A DNA stretch of 64,000 nt from Podarcis liolepis (Eukaryota), in the NCBI GenBank assembly GCA_965112155.1, contig OZ218099.1; one strand, given 5' to 3'. The notes below the pieces were generated by a model. That model saw nothing but the letters and a program-made list of their open reading frames with translations, did no database searches and was not told the DNA's origin. Both the position numbers and the translations under genes were made by a program. Every line of letters starts with the position of its first letter. Position 1 is the stretch's first letter. This document shows positions 1 through 12,720 of this stretch, piece by piece.

Positions 1-74
1 CAGCAGCAAAAATGAAACTATAGCTTTGCGGGAGAAAAGTGTTTCATTGCTGGTGTACCTGCAACCAAAAAGTA

Positions 75-316
75 CAGTGGTACCTCCGGGTGCGAACTTA
101 ATCCATTCCAGAGGTCCATTCGTAACCGGAAACTGCTCATAACATGAGGCACTCTTTCCCTAATGGTGCCTCCTGCTGCTGCCGCACTGCCGGAGCGCAG
201 TTTCCGCTCGCATCCCAGGGCAAAGTTCGCAACAAGGGGCATCTGCTTCCGGGTTAGCGGAGCACGTAACCCAAAGAATTCGTAAGGAGGATGGTTCGCA
301 ACACGAGGTACCACTG
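75..316. mobile_element. Tc1/mariner (Tigger/pogo-like) MITE, divergent subfamily
   Basis: TIRs cagtggtacctc...gaggtaccactg; TA on the left flank; internal sequence only partly like the four copies listed next. Confidence 0.8.
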
Positions 317-3300
317 GAAGGAAGGAAGGCTAATTAAATGCAAATGTATATACTAGCATTGCCAGCTGGTTAGGGGCATTTGCCTGGTTGATGCCTATTT
401 TGTCTCATTGCAGATAGCTGTCTCAATGCATGTGTTAAAGAGTATGCCATGGAGCACTATAGAATATGAATACAGTCTCAGGGTTGTTGTCTTGCCTGTT
501 AGGTAGGAGTCTAGATAAAGAACAGGTTTTTGTTTTGTTTTTTACTGTTGTTTTACCCTTATGCTCTCTCTTTTTAGTTTAGTTTTGTTTTTTTATAGAA
601 GCTGCCGTGGGAACTGGAAAAATGAGCTAAGACCATGTTAGATAAAATAAAATATTTATACGGTCATTTGTTAGCAAGATGGGGGAAATTCATCCTTAAT
701 GCACCGTCTGCTGCCACATATTAGAGTTTGGGTGATCTGTGTAGTTACCTGAAGCCTACGTAATTATGGCTTCCTGAACATTTTATCTTGCAATCCTTTC
801 CGCACTTACCTGGGTGTAAGTCCCATCAAACTCATTGCAGCATTCTTCTGAGGAGACATTTGTGATGTTGTTGCTATCAGTTCTCCCAAGGTGGGGCAGA
901 GTGCCTGATTTTCTGAAAGTGTTATCCTTCACTTTGAGTTTACTTCAGTTTTGGATAAGCTGCCTTGAGCATGTTGACAATTAAGAGTCCATTTTGGAAC
1001 AGTGGTGTGCAACCAAGTTGCTATGTACAGTGCTTGATTCAACATGCCATTTCTTCCATTTGGAGGCTCAGGGCTGTGCTGCCAAATGAAATAGCAGTGC
1101 TCAAGCACAAAGCTCTGGCATTTTGTCTCTCACAAATGGGCCCCTTATGCTGCTGGTGTTGTCGCTCCTGTTCAGATGGAGGTATACATGTACCCATTAG
1201 TGAGATTCCATTATTTATTATTATAATAAAATAATAATCAAAATTCCATAATATTGGAAGGTTGAATTGCACAAGCATTTCCTTGAATGCACTTGAGTTC
1301 AACGACCGTGTGCGTGCATGCATGCTTACATCTCCATTTATGCAGCAGAGAAAGTGTAATAAGGGCTGAGAAGTTAATCAATGTCTGTTTTTAGGCTTAA
1401 TTTATGGATGTCCAATCTGTAGCTCCCTCAACCTCCAATTCATTTCTTAATTATGTTTGTAAAGAACAGCGGAAGCCTGTTTTCACCAACTGTGTTGTCT
1501 GCCAGTTCCTATAGATCGATTTTTTTCTTTCTTTCATGGCACAGTGAGAGCTGCTGAGCAATACATTATGATGGACCTGGATAAATTCAGAAATAAGTCC
1601 ATGATCATGTTGCTATTCAGCACTGGAAGACAGTATTTAGCTGTCTCAAAACAATAAAATATAAACACAGTTTAACCAGTTCATTGTAACAAAAGCCCTT
1701 GATTCAAAGGATTTATAGTCTCACATGAATTAGGTGCCAAAAAAAACCCTCTGTGGTTCTGGTTTGGTTTTGTAATACCGGCTGCTGTCCACTGCCCAGG
1801 ATGAGTAGGGTTCCATATGAATGCATAGCAATTGTGCAAGGCATGGATACTTGATTCTTACTCACAGGGGATTGCCTTCCCACCAAAGCTATCATTGAAT
1901 GGTTCTTTCCCAGACTGACAGACAATTTTTGGGAAGCCCTGCTGTGTCAGTGGCAGCTTGATCTAAATAAGCAGGAAAGCAGCCTTTTTAGTTCACTGTC
2001 CTGCAGTCCCTGTTGATGGCATGAGGTTAGAGGGGCTCTGCCCCAGCCAAACGCTATTAGAGACAAATGTCAGTGAGCTTTGGACGGAAAAGGCTCTCTG
2101 ATTATTCACTCCATTCAGGTGTATCTTTCCCCAGTAAGCTTTTAGTCACTCCCACTGCCTGTGAGATGTAATCCTTGCAGAGCCAAGGGGGAGGCATGTT
2201 GCATATTCCTTAAGATTACATGGTGCACCAAATAATACACAGACAGTGGCTCTTAGCTATGCAAAGGTCATGGGCTTCCTTGACACAGGTTGCTTCTCCT
2301 TCCTGCCATAATGTGATGGTGATTTAAATAATAGTAATAATGACAGACAGCATCTTTTAAAACTAAACTGGCTGTGCAGAAGCAGAGGCCTAAGAAAATG
2401 GTTCCCATAGCTCAGTGGAGGAGCAAATTCCATTTTATTACCATTTTATTTTTGTACCCTATCCTTCAGCAGGTTCCTATTATGCCTCCCATGCATCATT
2501 TTCCACATTCAGTTCTTGGTATATTGTGTTGAATAGGAGCTGAATGAGCAGGGCTGGGAAAGACCTTTACCCGAGACCTCAAAGATCCACTGCCAGCCCA
2601 AATAGACCAGGGGCATATGTTCATAATTTGATTTCTGGAATAGAGATGTCCTTTTAACCAATAGAGTCCACTATGCAGAAAGCAGCTCTCAAGGTAGACA
2701 CACTGATTACTGCTATGGCTTTGGGTATGTTCTATGTTCTAAAATGTGCAGCTGTTTCTCTGTGCTTCCTTTCTTGAAGTGAAGTTAAAAAAAAGTAGGG
2801 TGGCATATGCTGCACTCTGGCTCATCTGTATGTAGCTTATGAAGGGCCCTGGCTTGGTAACTGTGAAAAGCAAGTGAAATAACCTGTTCTGTAAAGTAAC
2901 AATATTCTCTGTCTTCAGCAGAAGCTGGTTGTGTGCCCTTGGGCACTCTTGAGGTGGTGGTTCAGAGCACTGCCAAAGACAAGGCAGCTGTGCAAATTTT
3001 CATGGAATTTACTTGTTTTGTGAATATGAGCTGGCTTTGACAGCCTTTTGCCTTACAGGGTGGTACATCAAGCACACCACGTATATCCTGTTCATACCTC
3101 ATCAAAGTTCTCTCCTAGCTCCCGATTACACCCACCCACCCACCCACCCACACCCTTAGTGATTTTAGAAATGGATAAAACACACCAGCTGGATCATCAG
3201 GTCCCAGGCTATGTCTGCAAACAGAAAAAAAAAATCTGCTTATGACTTGTCAACAGAGCAGATGTTACACTAAGGGAAATGGAACATATTGTCTCCCGTG

Positions 3301-5443
3301 GGATCTGTCACTGTCACACAGGTACTCTTCAGAGTGTGACTGCATTGAATTTCCAAGGGCGGGTGGGGGAAACGTGCTCCTGTTTTTCTATTGCACATTG
3401 TGAAAAAAGGTCTCCCCTTCTGGAATTAAATATTGCAGAGTCAATACTGCAGAATATTGTTTCCTGGATGAAAGAAGCCTTTCCAAATTCCAGATGCAAA
3501 CATCTAGTCCATGTAGAAAGTGCTTCAAGTTTTACATCTCCCTAGCATGAACATGGCTTTTAATATTAGGCCTTTAGCTGTACCTCACCTATTGCAATAG
3601 CAAAGGATATTTGCACATCACGGCTTCTGGGGTCAATTTAGTAATATGGAAAATTGGTAAATAACAGCCAGCCCTATTACAGGCAAGTAGTTGTATTTTT
3701 CCGTAAAAATCTCTCAAGCCCTATAATATTGGCTTTCACAGAGTGTTCTACCAGCTCCTCAAAGAGTTGACACTTGACTTATTTTTATGTCTCATAAAGT
3801 GGTGCAAACCTAAGAAAGGCATGTCCAGAGCGTAAATAGATATAAAAAATATAATTCATATTTTCTAAAAGCAAGTTCTGCATTCACAAGACAAGATTTT
3901 CCATTTGGATTTTAATGTTTTCGTGTTCGCTTAGTTTGGAGAGATTCTTTTGGAGCTCATCACAATCCCTTTTTGTTTTAAGCACCGTGAACAATTTGGT
4001 ATCATCAAACATGGCTACTCACTCCTAACTCTAGATCACATTAATCCATGAAAATTGAAAAGGGGGGAACTTACTGTTATCGTCTGCTTCAAAAAAAAAA
4101 ATGTTTCAGAAGTGTCACTGAACAATTGAGGAACATGCTTTTAAAAAATGTTTCAGTGTCCTGTTTTTGCTATTTTCTGTTTCAACAATGTTCAAAGTAC
4201 AGCATCCTTTATAGCTCATCTGAAGTGGTAACAAAATTCCTGTCTTTTTCTCTTCCCTTCCCTCTGAACTTCATCATCAGTACATTCAGCTATCTTTACA
4301 CAGATACTTGAGCCAAGTGATCAAGTGATGAGCTTGCCTCCATTTCCAGGGTGCTAGATTGACATGACAAAACTCTGTCACTTCTTAACTAATGTTGTTG
4401 TGTAAATATAGGTCCAAGTGTTACAAGATCAGTGCTTGAATGGGTTCACTGAAAGCTGCATGTATTCAAAAGAACATTTTTTCTTGGCTCAGAAGCTTGT
4501 GAGAAAAATCTGATAAACATTGCATTCCACTAAATTAAATCGGCAAAATCCACAATTGGGTTTGTAAAGCTGGTAAAATCATGTTCCAGCTTATCAAATT
4601 GTTGGCCTGGTCCATTTAATTAAAAGTTAAATTGAAGGCAGACATTTATTCCTTCTCCGCATTCTAACACGATCCGTGCACATCCATGCTTAGGCTTATT
4701 TTGCAATTGTGTATAAAACACTATGAGGTGACTGGTCTGTGTGGGGCTATAAAAATCTACACCAAACATTTAGATGCTTTATTAAAAATAGTTTCTTCCC
4801 CACTGTCAAGAGTTGACGTAGCCAGATCTGGAACTTTAGTGAAACCCATAGTTTAAGCTTCTAGGATTCTGATAAATTCTGCTAAATCAGGGCAATAAAT
4901 TTTGAACACAAATTTCTGTTGAAAGTATTACATTGTGTAATTAAAGCTTGGGTAATATGTAGGCATGTTTCTTTCACTATGCTATAAACAATGTAATAGT
5001 TGTTGTGTGTCTGTCTCTAGGTGAATGTTTAGCTTTAACATGCCTAATGGCAACTTGCATACACACCTGCCTAAATTCCCAGGAAGGGAAGCTCCGCTGC
5101 CTATATAGCTTCCTCAAATTCCCTCAACATCCCCTGGCAGGAGCGAGAAGACAAAAGCTAAGTCAAGACCAGTCTGAATTGGACTGCACCTGACCTGTTT
5201 TGCCTGCTGGTCAAATTTGCTGATTGTTCTCTGTACACCAGTGAAGAAGTTATGCTCTAGTAGGTGTTTGCTAAATGTACATTTATTCTGTGGGTTATCA
5301 CTGTTGCCCGATTTAAGATTTCTTAATAAAAAAGAATTATCGGGAAAGCATTGGATAAAAAGGTAACAGTAATAAAAATCTGCCCTCAGATCCTTTCACT
5401 AACATATTTTTACATTTTCTTGTTTCTTTCTTTCTTTTTACAG

Positions 5444-5676
5444 CCCTTTGCTTGCTGTGTCTTTCGCTGCCTCCTGTGCTGTTCCAGGAATAGCTCTGCT
5501 CACCTTCGGAGTAAATCCTCTTACTGCAGCCCTGGGAGCCTTCAACATCATCCTGTACACATGCTGTTACACACCGCTGAAAAGAATTAGCATTGTCAAT
5601 ACATGGGTAGGAGCTGTGGTTGGTGCTATTCCCCCAATTATGGGTTGGACAGCAGCAACCGGCAGTCTGGATGCAG
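5444..5676 (+). CDS. COX10: Protoheme IX farnesyltransferase (heme O synthase), penultimate coding exon (equivalent to human exon 6)
   Basis: Polypyrimidine tract and CAG acceptor ending at 5443, GTGAG donor at 5677, 233 bp exon. Translation [77 protein letters not shown] contains the COX10/UbiA motifs YTPLKR and [13 protein letters not shown]. The phase-1 end joins the next exon (G|GA = Gly). Confidence 0.97.
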
Positions 5677-5944
5677 GTGAGAATTACTCTGGGGGGGAAA
5701 TGGGACCAAGAAGAGGGAGAGAATTGAGTGTCTTCCTCTTAGGGCCAATTGAATGACTTCATTCCCAATAGAGAGATGTCCTTTTAACCAATGCCCATTA
5801 GTATGATTCGCATTATCTAGGATCTGCATATTTCACTGTGTACTGCATGACTCTCTCTTCCACTGACTTGGCATTTTGCAGTAAAAAAACCCAAGACTGT
5901 TTTAGGTTCAGGACCCATTCAGTTCAGTCATAGGCCAACAGGGG

Positions 5945-6400
5945 TGTGTAGACTCCATAATGACTTGCCTACCTGGTGCAAAGGTTGTAGAAGTCACTTT
6001 TCATCTAGTTAGACTGGTAGATACCGTCAGAGTGAAGATGACAGTCATGGTGCACATCAGCACCAGTGAAATGGGGAAATGTAGTTGTGCAGTATTGGAA
6101 GCAAACTTCAGGTGGGTAAGCAAGAAGCTGAAATTCAGAGTTGCTTCCTCCAGAATTCTACCTGCCCTATTTGCAGTGCCAGGTAGACAGGCAAAGCTGA
6201 GGCATTTCAATGCATGCCTAAGATTGCAGTGTCAAAGGACAGCTTTTGACTTCTTAGGCACTGGAGAAGGTTTTGTAATAAGCCAAGCGTATACAAAAGG
6301 GACAGGTTCCGCTTGAACCAAAAAGGAGCCAGGCTACTAGCACTTAGGATCAAAACAATGGCAGAGAGTAGGAATAAATTGACTGTTCTCACAGTGGAGG
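5945..6400 (+). mobile_element. CR1 LINE ORF1 (SGNH esterase-like) remnant
   Basis: TCLPGAKVVEVT...VMVHISTSE ~ CR1 ORF1 CLPGAKV.D.....VHVGTND; ends with a degenerate hLn..G..lLa block. Confidence 0.7.
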
Positions 6401-9400
6401 GATGAGAAAAGTGTGCTCTATTACAACCAGTACTTTTTAACTTGCTCATAATTAAACTTGCATTAGAGCTAAGCAGTGAGGTGGCCAAGTGGTAAAAGCA
6501 AAAAAGAGTTCCAGGAGTTCCAAAATGATCTTTCTTAACTGGATGAACTGGCAATAAAATGACAAGCGCAGTTTAGTGTAAGTCAGCATGAAGTGACTTA
6601 GATCGGGGGGAAACATCCCTAATTCTCCTAACAACTATCCCTATTCAGCTGCTGAAGACTAGGGCTTAAAGGTCTGAAATATGGGGAGCCTGGTTCTGTG
6701 CATGTAGGCACAGGATTCTAAGCCACTCAAGGAGCCCTCAGATCTTTAGGACACAGGGAAGGGCCACAGAGTGCAACCCTGCTCTCCCCTCTCTTAGTTG
6801 TAATCATGTGAAAGGATAATGATTAAAGAGAGCTGCTAAGTCAGTCTTAGCGGCCCCCGAATAGCAGTTGCTAGGGAACAATTGTCCTGCTTTCAAGCTT
6901 TCCATTGGTCCAAAAGTGAGCTTGTACTCGCCCTCATACTAATAACACTGCAAATGGACAAACTTTGTTGAGATCACAACTTGGGATGGAAGGATTAAAG
7001 CTGCAGGTCTCTCCCCTGCACCTATTACTATTTTTTTTTTAATTAAAAAACTTGCCATGCTTCCAAGTGATGCATTTAGTGTTGTGTGCAGTTTGGCCCT
7101 CAGGCATATGTAAGTGCAAGCCTTTATCCTTCTCTCCCTCTTCTGTGCTCACATGCTCTGTGTTTCTACAGGAACTATTCATCACCGAGTTAGCCAAAAG
7201 TCAACCAGGATTATGTGACTCCTCCTAGTTTGAAGATCAAACATAACCTTCGGTTTTGCAGTGCTCTTGTGATTCTTTTTGCAGTGTGTGTCACGATAGG
7301 ATCTCAGATTCCTGCAACAAGATCAGAGAAATGTTGTGTTAGCTCAGTGGGCCTGCTCCCTTCATTGATGCTGCTGCTTTTGAAGCAAAGGCTACAGAGA
7401 CCTGAAAATGCAGGATCAGTCTTAATGAAGCTTTCTGAGGTGACCAGCCTTTTGGGGGGCATGTTGTATTCTTAGCATTGCAAAGCATTTGTTGTTCTAG
7501 GCACAAGTGATCAGAGTAATAGAAAGGAGAGACAATGTGAACAGATTCAGTTATGAACCAGGGGAACATGGTAGAGGAAATCAAGAGGAAAATGCAAGAA
7601 GGTCATAACTATAGCCTTTCTGCAGTGAAGGAGACAAAGAAGTTTAATTCAGATGATTAACTCATATTAGAAGCTGTGTGTCCTCTGTGACATGACTAGT
7701 GAATGCTCAACAACCAAAGCAGGGCTTCTGCTGTACAGTTGTCATGTTCACTTATCTGCACTGTGTTTCTGGCTGCAATTACAAGTCCTGTGGCTTCTGC
7801 TGCCTCTCTGCCTTCCCCTCTGTTCTCCATCTCACTAAAACCAAACCCAAATTCCTTGAAAATCTCACTGTTAAAAGGTACAGATACCTTGCTAAGCAAA
7901 TACATGCCGTGTTGGTAATATACACAGATAACTCTGACCATGGAGTTGGGATTATTCCCTAATACAGAATCTGAATTTTATTTTGTTTCTTGATATGGAA
8001 AATGCCCAACCCTATCTGTCTCTCTCCAAGTGTCAGAAACTAGCAGCAAATGTTGGCTTCCGCAAGCAGGAGTTATTAGTTGAATCTGGGCCAATTATAC
8101 ATGTTATTTATATACATAACTCTGAGTAGTTATGGCAGTGCTCATGAAGTTATTACAGTAAGTGCCACACTTTTAATATTTGGGAGGAGGGAGAGGTCCC
8201 CGTACTGCATACCCTTGAGTACCCCCAGGGGGGGGAGCACTGGAATAGGTAATAGTGGCCAATCTCAGAAGAAGATTTTTAGCCCATGTTCTCTCATAAT
8301 AACTAAGCATTGGATCTTCTCTGCCCCTTCCCCCTCAAAACGCTCAACCATAGGCTTATTTGCAGGAGGGGGGGGAGGTATCCATGTACAGAAACTATTT
8401 CTTTGATTAAAGGCTCATGCCTGCAGTTGGTTGATAGTTTCATATAGATGTTAGGAATGCCTTTTGGTATGGACAAGCTGAGTATGCCATCTGCTTCCAC
8501 ATCATGTAAGCCACATCTCTGGAACCCATTAATGTTTCCTAATTAACTAGCTGAAGCAACCTGGCTTTAGGTAGAAGCGTGGGAATACATTTGCACCTTG
8601 TTAAAAAGAAGGGGAAAGAGCCTACCCTACTGAGCAGCGATAAGGAACATAAAGCTGGGGAGAAAGAAATTTTAAGGCTGCCCATAGTGCTTGCCATGTT
8701 TTACTTTTTATTGGGGAGCGTCTTCTCAAGAAAGCAGTCCAATTCTTTTCTGGTTGTTACGCTAAAGCCAGTCATGCAAGGTGAATCACTTCTTCATCCT
8801 TCCTTCATTTTACTATCAAAACTGTCTCCTGCTTCTCCAGGGAGGTTGGGAGGAGAGGGCATCTAGCCAATGCTGCCGCCGTTGCTCAAGCAGACTGTAT
8901 GTTTACTTGATCAGTTCCAGTCTCGAGCGCTTGCCACATCATATAACTTTTTCCTAGGGAACAGTTCAGGATCAAAATGTGAACCTTTCTCTGTGAGCAT
9001 TGGTTGGCTAAAATTGGCCAGGTTTAAACTGACAACGCTCAGAGTCAATTTTATTGTCAACTGTGGTAGCAGAAATTGCACAAGTGTTAAATTTAATCAG
9101 GTTCATGGGCTGGGACCAGCATCTCTCAGCAAGGCGAATGCATGCACTTGCCAAGGCAGGTACAGAGAATTTTAATCCCCGAAAGGGAACCCCATCTCCA
9201 GTATCTCTCTCCCCCCCCCCCCCCCGTTTCAAGGAGGAAGAACATTATCATGACAGGAAATGGGAGGCTGGTGGAAAATGCCAAAAGAACAAAGGAGTCT
9301 CATTTTTACAGAAGCAGTAAGACTCAGATCAAGCTTCTCTCTTGCTGGCAGGAGATCATGGCTTGTGTTTAGTAACACGGCCAAAAAGAGGAATATTAAT

Positions 9401-10887
9401 AATATGCCCTTTTTTAAAAAAAAAGAAGTTTAAATATTGTAATGGGGAATTTCATACTGTGTGTTGTGCAGCCTGGGACTCAGTCTTGGCATTACCACAT
9501 TTCCTTATGAAAGCAATAGGGTCTGGTATCCTTTCAGGAGTGGTGGCCAGCTCCCAGCATCTGAAGTGCACTCAGGAGACTGCAGAACATAGCAACCCGG
9601 TGCCATGAAAGCACATCCAATTCTGAGCCACCCAGTTTGCTTGAAGTGACAAGCGGGGATCTCTGCCATAATGTGCTTTATCAGTTAAGGGGATTTACTC
9701 TGGGTAGGCGGTGGTGGCAGAGCAGATAACAGCCTCGCAAATGTAACAGACGTTAGAGACCCACAGTGGCCTGGAGCCATTGGTATTACTGCTCCCAAGA
9801 ATGTTTATCTCAAGAGACTATTTAGTTTATCTCAGATGCCCCACTTTTACCTTCTGTTTTCCTGAAAGACATCTTGTCCTGATTTTCATTCATTTTCTGA
9901 AAATTTAAATAATTCCTGGGGCTATGGAATTTATAGACTGCCTGTGTATGTACCAACGGTAATCACGCAGAGGCTGATTTTCAAATTGCCTTGACTTTGT
10001 AATTCAAATTGGGTTGTGGGCTAGACATTAATTATGTCAGCCAACATCTATTTACAAGGGGGGGGGATTTTAAACTGGGCAGTTCTTATCAGCAAGTGAC
10101 ATTTGGCAGATGGATGGGTTTAGCAACAAAACAGTGAAGAGAGAGGAAAAGGACAATTGTGTAGAGCCTTTCCTCATTTGTATAGCCCTTGTCTGCCCGG
10201 AAGGAGAGCAGTAAAGAGAGGACCTCACTTTGTTCAGAATAAGTGACACTGAACTTTGCTCCTATTTCCTTCAAATGTTTTTTTTACTATTTTAATTAAC
10301 TGGATCATGTTTTGAACAGCCTGCTGGCAAAATGTGTAACTGAGCAGTTTTAGAGAAAAAGACAATTTTTTGCCTGGAGCACATTATCCTGGCTGTAGAA
10401 ATAGAGGCCTAGAGATGCGGGCTGGCATTGATTGACCTTAGCAGAGGCTTGAGACTTCTCTTCCTCTTCAAAATGATGATCCAAGAAGCCTCTTACTCAG
10501 TTTGTACAAAAGACAGAGGTATGTCATCATTGATCTGTGAGCATAGGACGTACAAAGGCAGAGGGCCCCGTTGCTCCATGTAGTAAATGTGGAGGCAGAT
10601 GGGCAGGGCTAGTAGGCAGCTGTTTTAAATTTAATAAGACAAAAGTCAGTCAATTATTTGCCTCCCCCACCCACGCTTTCTTTTGCAGACACAAAAGCGA
10701 TAGTGATTCTGCTATTGGGACACCTGAGGGACTGATGCAATCAAAGTCGAAGCCCACTCAGTAAATTCATTGTCACCTACACACTGTACACAGCTGTGTT
10801 AAGTTCCAAGTGCTTTCATCTTCCAAATAAAGAATATTCAATGGCCCATATGGGACAGCTGCTCCAGTTCACCTCACCTCCCAAATA

Positions 10888-10917
10888 TGCATTATGAAGT
10901 AACCAGTAGGGGGCACC
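10888..10917 (+). promoter_or_regulatory. Candidate CTCF site in the last COX10 intron
   Basis: CCAGTAGGGGGCACC (10903-10917) fits the CTCF core CCASYAGRKGGCRSY; TGCATTATG 6 bp upstream resembles the upstream module. Confidence 0.55.
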
Positions 10918-11099
10918 AGAGTAGTAGCAGGAAAATTGCATTGGCTTAAGAAAAGGCAGTGTTTGAGGTTTAGAGAGCTAAAATTAACTTTTTAAAGTTG
11001 TGTTGAGTTAAAAAAAGTGTTAAAAATATCCTCTTGCAAGCAAGTTGGTGAACATCCCTTAGTGCCTTGCAAAAATATGGCCTTTCCTGTCTTGCAGCC

Positions 11100-11700
11100 T
11101 TGCTGGAACTTCCAGTCATCTCCCACCTTAACTGCTACAGTCTTTGCATCTCTACGATCACATTCCCACCTACTCCCTTGCCTCTGACCAAAATCATTCA
11201 CCTCTGTCATCACTGAGACCACATGACACCCTTTCTTACCTCCTCCATTCCTGGATCTAGCACAAACATTTGTCCTTGCCTTCATTACTCTGCCTCCCCT
11301 GATTATTCTGCCTGCATATCCATCCCCATAATCTTCACTCTTCCATCTCCACCATCCTTTGTCCGTCCCCCACATCTTCAATGCCTCCAGAAGTGCCTCC
11401 AGAAACCATTTGATGCTGCATCTTATTTCCTTCAGACTCTTTCCCCAAATTCAGTTTCCTTGAAGAACTTTGACACAGACACTTACTGTTCTTCCTCTGC
11501 CGAAACCAAGCCTAAGCACTTGTAATGAAGCTCAAGGCATATCCTGCCCATGTTCACCCTTACTGCCAGTTTATGTCTCTCCTTCTTTTCTTCCCATCCA
11601 CCCCACGGCAAGTCTTAAGATGATAAGCTGATCAGGGCGCAGTGTTTTTTAAATTCTCCATAGGGAACTATGCATATTGATGGTGCTGTATAAATGATAA
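11100..11700 (+). mobile_element. Ancient L2-like 3' remnant
   Basis: C/T-rich body, then taagatgataagctgatcagggc...gatggtgctgtataaatgataa resembling an amniote L2 3' terminus; no clear peptide. Confidence 0.4.
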
Positions 11701-12339
11701 CTGTTAAATGCCGTCATCATTTCCTCGCTACACCTGGACATGGTTTCAAAATAGTGGGCATTGGAAACAGCTGAGACTTGCCTTGACTGGATTGTGTTCA
11801 AACTTCTATGCTTCAAATTCACAACCTTTATTTTGACTGTGTTTTTGGTCTTCATAGCCACTGCTACATTCAGAGGCACCAACATGATATATGGGTACCA
11901 TAGAAGAAGTAAGACTTTGAATATTGCAAATGGCTTTTTTGCCACTAGCATATATAACGACTAAGATGTAGCAGATGCTGGAGAAGGAGAGATGCAAAGG
12001 AGCATGCGTGGCAAAGTAACATGCAGTCAACATCTTCTACGGAAGATTTATGCCTTGTTCTGCACTTCACCACATGCCCACTCCTTCCTTGTGAACCCTC
12101 CTGAGTGTTGGTGCTCTTATCCACCTATTGGACCTGGTGTTGATTTAAATAAAGTTTCTCACTTTCTCATTCATATGTTTCCCAATCAACCATTCTAATT
12201 GGTTGTGGTAACAAATAAAACATGTTTTAAACTTGGCCACTATGATTCATGCATTGGTAACTTTACAATTGGACTCCTATAATTTGTTCTTTGTGGGACT
12301 TCCCCTAAGACTGGTCTGGAGGCTTTTGGAGAATCCTGT

Positions 12340-12720
12340 GCCCAGGTGGTTGAGTGGAACACCTTGATGCACACATAATTTTACACCTGTGCGTAAGGAG
12401 CAGCTGCTGTGCAGCTAGCCAGTCATGTACAAGGTCTTGTTACCAACATATAAAACCCTGAACAACTCAGGGCCAGGTTACCTGAAAGACTTCCTTCCCT
12501 GTCTGCAAGAAGATTTAGATCATCTGGGGGAAATTTACTTGTGGCACCACATCCTACAAAACATCACAAGGCATCCTACAGAATAACACAAAACAGGTAT
12601 TTTCCATCATTGCCCCTACACTTGATCTCCATATGTGTCTATGAGAGAGAGAACCTTTGTACTCAAAACTTGCTGAAAATTCACTTGACTGTTTCCATTT
12701 GGTTTGATCAAGGGATATAG
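12340..12720 (+). mobile_element. Old L2 LINE 3' remnant
   Basis: tacaaggtcttgttaccaacatataaaaccctgaacaactcagggccaggttacctgaaagac = YKVLLPTYKTLNNSGPGYLKD, the same motif as the L2 at 52872. Confidence 0.6.

Noticed and set aside
2641-5792. Shared 20-mer gagatgtccttttaaccaat on both sides of the penultimate COX10 exon, recalling the human CMT1A-REP duplication of this exon
   Set aside because: Too short and probably an old transposon remnant; CMT1A-REP is a primate-specific segmental duplication with no counterpart visible here.
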